DNA of 64,000 bases from Bryobacteraceae bacterium (lineage in GTDB: Bacteria > Acidobacteriota > Terriglobia > Bryobacterales > Bryobacteraceae). The DNA is taken from positions 727-64,726 of the forward strand of contig DASZLP010000042.1 in NCBI GenBank assembly GCA_035552355.1. Reading direction: 5' to 3'. Made by a program: the position numbers and the translations under genes. The notes under the pieces are model-generated. The model had not been told where the DNA came from. It saw only the letters and a program-made list of their open reading frames with translations, and ran no database searches. This document shows, piece by piece, positions 8,857 through 17,842 of the stretch. How positions within the stretch are numbered: position 1 is the first letter of the stretch; every line of letters begins with the position of its first letter.

Positions 8857-9822
8857 TCACCATGGCATCTGGCGCTTTGTATATTTGCGCCCAATCTCGG
8901 CCGTCTGCTCGTTCGCCGGACCGACCATCACGCCTTCCTTCAACTGATCGATCACGTTGTTCGGATTCATCGAGTTCAGAAAGAAGATCTTGTTCGCCTT
9001 GCATGCCGCGAAGACACGAGCGCGCGCCGCCACCATCTTCGGATCCCGCTCGGCGCCCGGGCCACGCACACCCAGCGACAGGGCCATATCGCCCGGACCC
9101 CACTCCGCGAAACCAATGCCCGGAACCTTCAGGCTCTCCTCGGCATTCGCCAGCGCGTACTTGTCCTCGAGTTTTACGCCGAGCAGAAGCTCTCCCTCGG
9201 GATTCAGCGGCCAGGCGTCGGCTTTGTCGAAATACTCATCCTGCGTCACGCCCCAGATCTGCGACGCGGTTGCGGCGCCGTGAGCGCCGCGGCGCCCTTC
9301 ATTGATGCCGTGGTCGAGGCCCTGCTTGTGGATTGGCAGCCGCACGGCTTCAATGAACGCGCGGATCGCGCCGGGCGTATCCGCATGGGTGAGCATGATG
9401 CCGTGGACGCCGGTCGCGAGCACCTGGCTGAACATCCAGGCGTTGGCGCGCACGGCGGCTTCATCCGTTCCATTGACGGGCACGTTGACGATCACCGCCG
9501 GGGTGCGATGGCCGCTCTTCGTCGGGCCGCCCGCCACGAGTCCCTTCATATACTCGGCGAGACCGGCGACGTCGAACGGCGCATGCTCCATGTCGTAGCT
9601 GATGTAATCGGCGTAGGTCTGGGCGTCCTTCCGGCCTTGTTCGAAAGTGCCCACGGTGCCCGAATGCGAGCCCGCGTAATAGACCGGCTGGCCCTGCTCG
9701 AGCAGCTCGATGGCGCGATTGATGCGCTTCGGCTTCGGGGTTTGAGCGCGCAGAGATGTGAAGCCCGCCGCGAAGCAGAGACCGGCGGCAAGGAGATATG
9801 CGGCCGCTTTGGTTTTACTCAT
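8857..9822 (-). CDS. HpcH/HpaI aldolase/citrate-lyase family protein carrying a signal peptide
   Basis: ATG 9822 gives MSKTKAAAYLLAAGLCFAAGFTSLRA. Also YISYDMEHAPFD, GVHGIMLTHADTP and GFAEWGPGDMALSLG, which follow the HpcH/HpaI pattern. Confidence 0.75.
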   Translation of the reverse strand: MSKTKAAAYLLAAGLCFAAGFTSLRAQTPKPKRINRAIELLEQGQPVYYAGSHSGTVGTFEQGRKDAQTYADYISYDMEHAPFDVAGLAEYMKGLVAGGPTKSGHRTPAVIVNVPVNGTDEAAVRANAWMFSQVLATGVHGIMLTHADTPGAIRAFIEAVRLPIHKQGLDHGINEGRRGAHGAATASQIWGVTQDEYFDKADAWPLNPEGELLLGVKLEDKYALANAEESLKVPGIGFAEWGPGDMALSLGVRGPGAERDPKMVAARARVFAACKANKIFFLNSMNPNNVIDQLKEGVMVGPANEQTAEIGRKYTKRQMPW

Positions 9823-9853
9823 GAAATGCAGTATACGTCCGTGTTCGGGTAGA

Positions 9854-10954
9854 ATGAATCCCGGCGGTTTACCGTCCCGAGGTATATGGGTGGCTTTCCT
9901 GCGATACTGCGGCCTGATTCTGATACCCGCGGCTCTGCTTCTGGCCCAGCAGCCGCGCGGCGGCAACGCTGGCCTCATCCAGCCGCTGACGGACCTGCAG
10001 AAAAGTCTGAAGGGCAAGCTCGAGAAGATTACAATTCACGGCAAATCGCTGGAAGGAAATCTCGAAGGCGACTCGGCCGATCGCGACGTCTTCGTTTATC
10101 TGCCCCCGAGCTATGAGCGCGAAACGGCGCGGCGTTATCCGGTGGTCTATACGCTCCACGGCTACGGATTGCACGCCCAGCAGTGGGTAGGCTTCGCGAA
10201 TGTTTCCGGCCTCGAAAAAGGGATGGCCGACGGCACGACGAAGGAGATGATTCTGGTCGCGCCCGATGCGTTCTCACTTCACAACGGCAGCTTCTATTCC
10301 AACTCGAAAACCACCGGCGATTGGGAGACTTTCGTCGCGGTCGAACTGGTGAGCTACATCGACAGCCACTACCGCACGATTCCGAATCGCATGAGCCGCG
10401 GACTCGCCGGACACTCCATGGGCGGCTATGGCACGCTGCGCATCGGCATGAAGCATCCGGAAGTGTTCTCCAGCCTCTACGCGATGTCGGCGTGCTGCAT
10501 GCTGGATACGGCTGAGGTAACTCCGGCCATGACGCAGATGCAAGCGATCAGGACGAAAGAAGATGCGGCAAAGCTTTCGTTCAATCAGAAGTCGCCGCTG
10601 GCGCGCGCCGCCGCATGGTCGTCGAATCCGGCGAATCCGCCGCTGTATATCGACCTGCCGGTCAGGGATGGAAAACAGCGTCCGGTGATCGCGGCGAAGT
10701 GGATGGCGAATTCGCTGATGGTGATGCTGCAGGAGTACGCGCCGAATCTGAAGAAGATGAAAGCGATCGACATGAATGTGGGCTTGCAGGATGGCCTGCT
10801 CGCGACCAATCGCGATATGGATGAAGCTCTGACGGACGCCGGCGTGCCGCATCATTTCGAGACGTTCGATGGCGATCACAACGGACAGGTGCCGATGAAC
10901 TTCGCGGTGAAGGTGCTGCCCTTCTTCTCGAAGGAGCTGGAGTTCGGGAAATAG
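9854..10954 (+). CDS. Secreted esterase (putative esterase / esterase D-like alpha/beta hydrolase)
   Basis: YPVVYTLHGYG and GHSMGGYG motifs. N-terminal hydrophobic signal VAFLRYCGLILIPAALLLAQQ. Confidence 0.8.
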   Translation: MNPGGLPSRGIWVAFLRYCGLILIPAALLLAQQPRGGNAGLIQPLTDLQKSLKGKLEKITIHGKSLEGNLEGDSADRDVFVYLPPSYERETARRYPVVYTLHGYGLHAQQWVGFANVSGLEKGMADGTTKEMILVAPDAFSLHNGSFYSNSKTTGDWETFVAVELVSYIDSHYRTIPNRMSRGLAGHSMGGYGTLRIGMKHPEVFSSLYAMSACCMLDTAEVTPAMTQMQAIRTKEDAAKLSFNQKSPLARAAAWSSNPANPPLYIDLPVRDGKQRPVIAAKWMANSLMVMLQEYAPNLKKMKAIDMNVGLQDGLLATNRDMDEALTDAGVPHHFETFDGDHNGQVPMNFAVKVLPFFSKELEFGK

Positions 10955-11003
10955 GAAACGGCGGCTGAAGCCGCCGCTGCGGGTACGAGTGCCCGCGCCA
11001 CGT

Positions 11004-12167
11004 CTACTTCGTGCGCTGTACCGGCCGCGCGAACTTCGCCGCATCGATCTGGACGTTCGGCTGCACTTCGGTGATCGCGTATTCTTCCCGGCCACTGACC
11101 CATCCGTAGATCCACTTGCGCGCGAGTTTAACGCCTGCCACCGGTTGGTAATCGGAATAGTCGATCTGCGTCGGCACACGGCCCACCGCCGAATCGGCGT
11201 ACCGGACCATCCGCGTCAGCAGGTTCGTCTCCTTGTCGAAGTAGAAGGTCGCGAGAATGCCGGTTGCTCTCGCCTGCAGCACGTTGTTCTCGCGGCCGTC
11301 CAGCGTCACCGGAGTGCCCACGCGCCAGGTCTGGAAGTAGGACTTCAGCCGCCCAGGAAAGGCCATTTCCGCGTCGAGCTTGCCGCCTTCGCGCGCGCTG
11401 CCTGTAAGGGGGTACTCCTTCACGACAGTCAGCGGCAGCATGACCCACGCGTCGCGCCCATTGAAGCTGCGCGCGACGTCTCCTTCGCGCTGATGCACGG
11501 TGGTGACCAGGTCGTCGGGAATCTTCGCGTAGAGCTCCATAGAATCGTCGCGCGTTTCTCCGAACAGATGGCTGGTGCCTTTGGCGGAGTAACTCGTAAG
11601 CTTGTTGATCGCATCCGTGCCGCCGATAGCGGTCGTGAACCTGGCAAAAATTTCGTCGGCCGTGGGAACGCCCGAGCGGCCCGTCGGCACGATATCCGCG
11701 GGGAACGAGAGCGGCTCACCGTAGATCATGTCGATCGAGGGAGTGACGGCCGGATTGGGGCTGCCGCGATGGCAGGTCCAGCAGGTCACAGCGGGCTGGG
11801 AGCCGGGGAAGTTGGTCTTGTTGATGTTCTTCACCATCTCGGTCATCTGCCGTGCCCGTTTCTTGCGCGGCGGATCGTCTTCCCATTTGGGATTGTCAGT
11901 GCCCGCGCCGGTATGGCAGTCTCCGCAGCAGTAGCTGAGCGCCGCCGAGAACAGGCCCATTGTGCCCATGAACTCGTCCACCGGAATTCCCTTCAAGACC
12001 TGCACGTTCTTGAACGCCTGATCCGACATCTGGGGCCGCGCGGCCGCGGTGGGACCCTGCGCCGCGGCCTGCCCCTGCGCGTGCAGTTTCAGCGCGAATG
12101 GCAGCGCTCCGATCGATGCCGCCAACGCACCGGAGACGATCCATCGTTTCGAACGAATATTCATCAA
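11004..12167 (-). CDS. Secreted di-haem c-type cytochrome (reaction-centre cytochrome c-like domain) with C-terminal beta-rich domain
   Basis: Signal peptide, then two CxxCH motifs (CGDCH, CWTCH) in LSYCCGDCHTG...VTCWTCHRGSPNP. Confidence 0.8.
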   Translation of the reverse strand: MMNIRSKRWIVSGALAASIGALPFALKLHAQGQAAAQGPTAAARPQMSDQAFKNVQVLKGIPVDEFMGTMGLFSAALSYCCGDCHTGAGTDNPKWEDDPPRKKRARQMTEMVKNINKTNFPGSQPAVTCWTCHRGSPNPAVTPSIDMIYGEPLSFPADIVPTGRSGVPTADEIFARFTTAIGGTDAINKLTSYSAKGTSHLFGETRDDSMELYAKIPDDLVTTVHQREGDVARSFNGRDAWVMLPLTVVKEYPLTGSAREGGKLDAEMAFPGRLKSYFQTWRVGTPVTLDGRENNVLQARATGILATFYFDKETNLLTRMVRYADSAVGRVPTQIDYSDYQPVAGVKLARKWIYGWVSGREEYAITEVQPNVQIDAAKFARPVQRTK

Positions 12168-12322
12168 TTGCTCCCTTTATTCGGCCCCGTACATACAAGT
12201 CAAACGCGCCGCGCAACCGGACCGGAATCATCATAATACAGGCCACGCTTTGGCGCGTAGTTTGCCCTCCTCGCGCAGGCTGTGATAGCATCTCGCGTTA
12301 CGCTCGAAGCAACTGCACCTTG

Positions 12323-13252
12323 ATGAACCTGCCTCACGTCCACCTGCTGTTGAATCACTTTCCGATCATCGGCACAATCATCGCGCTCGGCCTGCTGGTG
12401 TTCGCGCTGCTCGGCCGCAGCGAGGATCTGCGACGCGGCAGCTTCGTTATATTCACGGGCATCGCGCTGCTGTCGATCCCGACATATATGAGCGGCAGCG
12501 GCGCCGCGCTCGCGCTCAAAAAGCTCCCGAACATTTCCGAAAGCGCGCTCGCCGCGCACAACGGAATGGCGCTGATCGCGCTCGCCTTCGTCGAGGTTAC
12601 CGGCCTGTTCGCGTGGCTCGCACTCTGGCAGTCGCGGCGCTTCTCCCGTCCACGCAACTGGACTGTCGCCGCCGTTGTTGTGCTCTCTCTGCTCACGCTC
12701 AACTTCATGGCGCTGACCGGAAACACCGGCGGCGACATCCGCCATCCGGAAATTCACGATGTGGAACAGTCAGCAGTCGCGCCCCCTGTAATCGATGCCG
12801 CGGCCGTCGGGATGTTCATCACGGGCCAGAAGTGGGTATGGCCAACCTGCGAGACGCTTCACTTCATCGGGCTGAGCCTGTTGATGGGCGTCGTGTTCCT
12901 CGTCGATCTGCGGATGCTCGGCTTCATGAAGAGCGTTTCGTTTCCCACGCTGCACCGCCTGCTCCCATGGGGAATTCTGGGCTTCGGATTGAACGTCGTC
13001 ACTGGCATCCTCTTCTTCGTCGGCTCGCCCGAGCAATACACCAACAGCGTGCCATTCCAGTGGAAAATGATCTTCGTCCTGGTAGCCGGCGCCAACGCGC
13101 TTTACTTCACGATGTTCGACGACGTGTGGCAACTGAAGCCCGGCGACGACGCGCCGTTCACGGCGAAGTTCGCGGCGGGGTCGGCGGTGGTCCTGTGGGT
13201 GGCGATCATGTGGTGCGGCAACATGCTGCCTTTCCTCGGAGACTCATTCTAA
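12323..13252 (+). CDS. Polytopic membrane protein (DUF2231-like N-terminal half, DUF6644-like C-terminal half)
   Basis: ATG 12323 gives MNLPHVHLLLNHFPIIGTIIALGLLVF. The C-terminal half (ETLHFIGLSLLMGVVFLVDLRMLGF) is paralogous to ORF 13373..13888. Confidence 0.7.
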   Translation: MNLPHVHLLLNHFPIIGTIIALGLLVFALLGRSEDLRRGSFVIFTGIALLSIPTYMSGSGAALALKKLPNISESALAAHNGMALIALAFVEVTGLFAWLALWQSRRFSRPRNWTVAAVVVLSLLTLNFMALTGNTGGDIRHPEIHDVEQSAVAPPVIDAAAVGMFITGQKWVWPTCETLHFIGLSLLMGVVFLVDLRMLGFMKSVSFPTLHRLLPWGILGFGLNVVTGILFFVGSPEQYTNSVPFQWKMIFVLVAGANALYFTMFDDVWQLKPGDDAPFTAKFAAGSAVVLWVAIMWCGNMLPFLGDSF

Positions 13253-13253
13253 G

Positions 13254-13367
13254 GTGCCCCTCGCTCTTGCTGTCGTTCTGCTGGTGACGGGCGTGACCGT
13301 GATCGCCGGACTGGCCGGCTACCTCATCGACCGCAGCGTCCGCCGTAATGAAAACAGGGAGCCCTGA
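13254..13367 (+). CDS. Possible 37-aa single-pass membrane micro-protein
   Basis: GTG 13254 lies 1 nt after the upstream stop. Product VPLALAVVLLVTGVTVIAGLAGYLIDRSVRRNENREP. Stop lies 5 nt before the next ATG. Below the ORF-track cut-off. Confidence 0.35.
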   Translation: MPLALAVVLLVTGVTVIAGLAGYLIDRSVRRNENREP

Positions 13368-13372
13368 CCCGA

Positions 13373-13888
13373 ATGCACGACTTCCTCAATTCCGTCGAAC
13401 AATCGTCGCTGAGCATCTGGATCCGCGAGTCCGGCTCGATCTGGTCGTTTCCTACGATTCTGCTGCTGCATACGCTCGGCATGTCGATTGTGGCGGGTGG
13501 CAGCGCGATCGTCGATCTGGTGCTGCTGGGTTTCTGGCCGGTGAAGATGTCAGTCCGTCCGCTGGACAAGTATTTTCCGCTCATCTGGGCGGGCTTCTGG
13601 CTGAACGCGGTCACAGGGACGCTGCTGCTGATGGCGGATGCCACCGCGAAGCTGACGAACACCGATTTTTACGTGAAGATGGCGTTTATCTTCGCGGGCG
13701 TGGCGGTGCTGTATCAAATGCGCCGGAAGGTTTTCGCCGACCCGCTGCTCGATCGGGGCGTTGTATCCGGGACCGCGAAAGGACTCGCCTGGGCTTCCCT
13801 GATCTGCTGGTTTGCGGCGATCACGGCGGGGAGATTGCTGGCGTATGTGGGGCCGGTGTCGGGCCCGCCGGGCTTGAGCAACAAATGA
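13373..13888 (+). CDS. DUF6644-like integral membrane protein
   Basis: 171 aa. SIWIRESGSIWSFPTILLLHTLGMSIVAGGSAIVDLVLLGFWP, four predicted TM helices. Confidence 0.7.
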   Translation: MHDFLNSVEQSSLSIWIRESGSIWSFPTILLLHTLGMSIVAGGSAIVDLVLLGFWPVKMSVRPLDKYFPLIWAGFWLNAVTGTLLLMADATAKLTNTDFYVKMAFIFAGVAVLYQMRRKVFADPLLDRGVVSGTAKGLAWASLICWFAAITAGRLLAYVGPVSGPPGLSNK

Positions 13889-13921
13889 TGCGGCGCGGGC
13901 AATCGTGCCGGCGCTTGTCGC

Positions 13922-14911
13922 TCAACCTCTCCTATACAGCCCCATCCGCTGCTTCACCAACTCAACCGTCGAATCGGCGATCGGCGTCACGGCTTCCGCT
14001 CCCTCGCGCAGGACTCCATCCAGATAACCCGTGTCTTCCGTGATCTCCCGGTATCGCCGCTGGATTGGCTCCAGCTTTCCCACCATCATCTCGGCCACTT
14101 GCTTCTTCAGGTCCCCATAGCGCAGACCCGTGAAATGAGCGCGCATCTGGTCGGCCGTCCAGTCCGCGAATGCCTGAAAAATGTTCAGCAGGTTCGCGAC
14201 GCCCGGACCCATTGTCTCGAAATCGACGGCGGGATTCGAATCCGTCGTCGCGCGCATAATCGTCTTCCGGACCTTCTCCGGCGCATCGAGCATGCCGACC
14301 GCATGGCCCGATCCGGCGGCCGACTTGCTCATCTTCGCCGTCGGATCGTCCAGCCCCATCACGCGCGCGCCCACCGCCGGGAGCTTCGTCGCGGGCATCG
14401 TGAACGTTTCGCCGTAGAGTGAATTGAAGCGCTGCGCGATGTCGCGCGTCAGCTCGAGGTGTTGCGACTGGTCCTCGCCTACCGGCACGATCGCGGCCTG
14501 GTAAAGCAGAATGTCCGCCGCCATCAGCACTGGATATTGGAACAATCCATCTCCCACCGACTCCTGCGCGGCCGACTTTGCTTTGAACTGCGTCATGCGG
14601 TCGAGCCATCCCATAGGCGTGACGCACGTCAGCATCCAGGCCAGTTCGGCGTGCGCTGGCACGCTCGACTGCACGACGATCCGCGAATGCTTCGGATCGA
14701 TTCCGGCTGCGAGAAACAGCGCGGCGAGCTCGCGGATCTTCGCGCGCAGCTCGGCCGGGTTCTGATAGACCGTGATCGCGTGCAAATCCACGATGCAGAA
14801 GATGCTTTCGTAGTCGTACTGGATTTTCACCCAGTTGGCCAGCGCGCCGAGATAGTTGCCGATATGCAGATTGCCGGACGGTTGTACGCCCGACAGAACG
14901 CGGGATTTCAT
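13922..14911 (-). CDS. trpS: Tryptophan--tRNA ligase
   Basis: ATG 14911 gives MKSRVLSGVQPSGNLHIGNYLGAL (HIGH-type motif). KMSKS motif present (AKMSKSAAG). About 329 aa. Confidence 0.9.
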   Translation of the reverse strand: MKSRVLSGVQPSGNLHIGNYLGALANWVKIQYDYESIFCIVDLHAITVYQNPAELRAKIRELAALFLAAGIDPKHSRIVVQSSVPAHAELAWMLTCVTPMGWLDRMTQFKAKSAAQESVGDGLFQYPVLMAADILLYQAAIVPVGEDQSQHLELTRDIAQRFNSLYGETFTMPATKLPAVGARVMGLDDPTAKMSKSAAGSGHAVGMLDAPEKVRKTIMRATTDSNPAVDFETMGPGVANLLNIFQAFADWTADQMRAHFTGLRYGDLKKQVAEMMVGKLEPIQRRYREITEDTGYLDGVLREGAEAVTPIADSTVELVKQRMGLYRRG

Positions 14912-14930
14912 GAGATGTGTTTTTGAATGT

Positions 14931-15827
14931 CTATCGTAGCAGTGAGGCGTCCCAGCGGCCGAGATTTGCCGCGGCGTCGTAGGTGCTGCGGCAGAAATCG
15001 AGGACGGATTTTCCAGTGTTCGGCTGACTGCGCGCAATGTCGTATTTGAGGATGAACTCGCCCAGTTGCGCATCCCACCCGGCGGCTTCCGGAAGAATCT
15101 TCTGTTTGTCGAGATCCGGGATAACAGGCGCCGCGTACGCATAGAACGCCGCTTGCGGATAGGCGCGGCTGCCTGGCCAGAAGCCGCAACTTATAACTTC
15201 GTGCGAGTAGGCTTCGCGCGTGACCGGATCGGCGCCTTCGCGCGGCGCGGCCTGCTTTCCGTTGAACCGCGTCACTGCCAGATCGAACGAGCCCCAGAAG
15301 AAGTGCACCGGGCTGCACTTGCCGGTAAAGCCCGCGCGGAAGCGCCTGAAGACGAGATCGGCGCCAATCAGAATGCGCCGGAAGCGCTCGACGTATTCGC
15401 GATCGTAAGAAGCATGGTGGCGGTCTTCGTCAAATGGCGTTGTGTCGTCGAATTCCTGCGGCTTCGGGTTGATCTTCACTTCGATGCCGAGCGAGTGCAG
15501 GGCGGACATGTACTCGACGTAGAAATCCGCCACCGAACGCGGGAACAGGCGAACCGTAGTCATGCGGCCAGCGCTGGTCGAGAGGACCAGTTCGTGTGAA
15601 ACGAAATCGAACTCGGCCTCGAACGCAATGTCGCCGAAGCACATTCCGGGCGCGATCAGACCTCGCGGCGTCACGTAGAGCGTGACGTGCCACCAGTGGT
15701 TCTGCGGCGGGCTCAGTGCCATGCGGGTCTTGCCGACGATCTGGGTCCACATGTGGAGCGTGTCGCAGGTCGCTTCCCACTCGGCGAAAGGAAGCGCGGG
15801 CCAGACTTCACTTTCAGTCGAATTCAA
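14931..15827 (-). CDS. DUF5996 family protein
   Basis: WPALPFAEWEATCDTLHMWTQIVGKTRMALSPPQNHWWHVTLYVTPRGL matches the DUF5996 N-terminal signature as I recall it. Confidence 0.8.
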   Translation of the reverse strand: MNSTESEVWPALPFAEWEATCDTLHMWTQIVGKTRMALSPPQNHWWHVTLYVTPRGLIAPGMCFGDIAFEAEFDFVSHELVLSTSAGRMTTVRLFPRSVADFYVEYMSALHSLGIEVKINPKPQEFDDTTPFDEDRHHASYDREYVERFRRILIGADLVFRRFRAGFTGKCSPVHFFWGSFDLAVTRFNGKQAAPREGADPVTREAYSHEVISCGFWPGSRAYPQAAFYAYAAPVIPDLDKQKILPEAAGWDAQLGEFILKYDIARSQPNTGKSVLDFCRSTYDAAANLGRWDASLLR

Positions 15828-16074
15828 GCTCGACCTCGTCGATGTAGCACCAGCCCCAGTCCTCGCCGGGTTCGATCGAGCGAATGATCGGGTGCTTTAC
15901 GGCGTGGAAATGCTTTGTCGCGTGCTTGTTTTTGGAAGAATCGCAGCAACCCACATGGCCGCATTCCATGCAGAGGCGCAGGTGCACCCAGGTGTCGCCC
16001 ACCTTCAAACATTCCTCGCAGCCGTGAGTATGCGGCTTCACATTTTTTATGTGATCGCCGTGAGTGCAGGTCAT
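15814..16074 (-). CDS. UBP-type zinc-finger domain protein
   Basis: ATG 16074 gives MTCTHGDHIKNVKPHTHGCEECLKVGDTWVHLRLCMECGHVGCCDSSKNKHATKHF. Overlaps the DUF5996 start by 14 nt. Confidence 0.8.
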   Translation of the reverse strand: MTCTHGDHIKNVKPHTHGCEECLKVGDTWVHLRLCMECGHVGCCDSSKNKHATKHFHAVKHPIIRSIEPGEDWGWCYIDEVELEFD

Positions 16075-16188
16075 ACCCTCAGCTTCGCATGATTTCGAAA
16101 TCGCGAATCGGTGCAAAACAAGCGCTGGTAGAGCAGCATGGCAGTACAAATCGGCGAAATCGTGGAAAATAGTGAAGGACCAGATCAA

Positions 16189-17703
16189 GTGAAACCGCGC
16201 ACCATCCTGCTGTTTTTAGTTCTCTCCTGCTTCCCTTCGGCGGCCGACGCACCGCCCGGCACTGTCGCGGAAGCCCGGCATGAGATGTTCGCCGCGCGCT
16301 ACGAACATGCGGCGCAGCTTTACCGGACGCTGCTCGAAACCGAGCCGGACGAGGGTGAAGCCTGGTATGGACTCGTCCGGTGCGAGCTCAGTCTCCATCA
16401 TTCCCGGCTTGCCTATGCGGCCGCCAACGGGGCGCTCAAGAGCGCAAACCAAACTCCCGGAGCGCAGACCGCCGCAGGGCTCGCCATGTACCGGCGCGGC
16501 GATTTATCCAAAGCGGAAACACATTTCCGCGCCGCGTTGAAGATCAAACCGGATTATCCGGGCGCTTTCGCCGGCCTGGCCTCCGTGTATTCGGCCGTTT
16601 CGCTTTCTAAAAGCGCGCGCGACCTGCGCCTGATAGCCTGGCAGCTATCGCCGGACGATCCGGAGCTCATAGCGGCGCACGTCGCCAGTCTGAAAGGCGA
16701 CGAGCGTATCCGGGCGCTCGAAGCGGTGCTCACGGCGCTGAATCCGTCCAGTGAAGAGGCGCGGGACCTGCGGGTGCATATTGCGAACGAGCGAGCCGCG
16801 GGCCCGCGCAAACTGCGCCGGCTGACCAGCCCTTACCAGGCCGCACAGGTGAAGTTGTTTCGTGTTCTGGACGGGCTCTCGCGCGATCGCGGTGTCGGCA
16901 TCGTTCTGCGCCTCAATGGAAAGCAGAACGCGCGACTGCTGCTGGATACGGGCGCATCCGGTATCTCCATCGCGCCGAAGCTGGCCGAGAAGGCGGGGCT
17001 GCGGGTTATCAGCGGAGAAGCGGGCGAGGCCAGAGGCATCGGGGACGACAAGCCGCAGAGCGAAATCGCGTATCTGGCGGACGAGGCGCGCGCCGGCGAT
17101 GTCGTATTCGCCGACTATCCGATTGCGGTCTTCAACTCCGCGAAATCGGCCGATTACGATGGGCTGATCGGCGCCGATGTCTTCGACCGTTTCCTTGTCA
17201 AAATCGATTTTCCGCAGCTTGTGCTCTCACTCGAAACGCGGCCGGGCGGAAGTGACGCGTTCGAGGAGCCGGCAGATTTCGCCGGCGCGCCGCCCGCCGG
17301 CTTTTACCGGATGGTGCGATTCGGCGATCATCTGACGATCCCGACGTTCATCAACGGCCGCCCGCAGTCATCGCTCTTCCTGCTGGATTCCGGCTCGACT
17401 TCAAACCTGATCGATACGGACACCGCGAAGGAATTTGCGGGCGGAACCAGCAGCGACTCGATGATCGGCGTGAGAGGCATTCAGGGAAAGGCGATCGAGG
17501 CCTCGCGCACAGGCCGCGTGTCGCTCGTCTTCGCCGGCTTTCGGCAGGACAACCCCGAGATTATTTCGATCAGCCTCGAAAAAATGAGCGACGCGATGGG
17601 TGTAGGGTTCGGCGGGATTCTGGGAATGCCCGTGCTGCGCAATCTGGCTGTGACGATCGATTATCGCGAAGGCACGGTCAAATTCGATTACCGGCGGCCC
17701 TAG
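16189..17703 (+). CDS. Secreted TPR-repeat protein with two retropepsin-like aspartyl-protease domains
   Basis: GTG 16189 gives signal peptide (M)KPRTILLFLVLSCFPSAADA; alternative start ATG 16138. LLLDTGASGISI and LFLLDSGSTSNLI are D-[TS]-G catalytic motifs. Confidence 0.75.
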   Translation: MKPRTILLFLVLSCFPSAADAPPGTVAEARHEMFAARYEHAAQLYRTLLETEPDEGEAWYGLVRCELSLHHSRLAYAAANGALKSANQTPGAQTAAGLAMYRRGDLSKAETHFRAALKIKPDYPGAFAGLASVYSAVSLSKSARDLRLIAWQLSPDDPELIAAHVASLKGDERIRALEAVLTALNPSSEEARDLRVHIANERAAGPRKLRRLTSPYQAAQVKLFRVLDGLSRDRGVGIVLRLNGKQNARLLLDTGASGISIAPKLAEKAGLRVISGEAGEARGIGDDKPQSEIAYLADEARAGDVVFADYPIAVFNSAKSADYDGLIGADVFDRFLVKIDFPQLVLSLETRPGGSDAFEEPADFAGAPPAGFYRMVRFGDHLTIPTFINGRPQSSLFLLDSGSTSNLIDTDTAKEFAGGTSSDSMIGVRGIQGKAIEASRTGRVSLVFAGFRQDNPEIISISLEKMSDAMGVGFGGILGMPVLRNLAVTIDYREGTVKFDYRRP

Positions 17704-17842
17704 GATGCGGGGGGCAGCAGGCGCCGGCACCATTAGACCTAAAGGCCCTGAAACCCTAACGCCCAGTACCACTTAAATTCTGAATCCCGGATGGTATGCG
17801 CACGATTGGTGATCCCACTGTGCTTTGCTTTGCACTCGTCCA

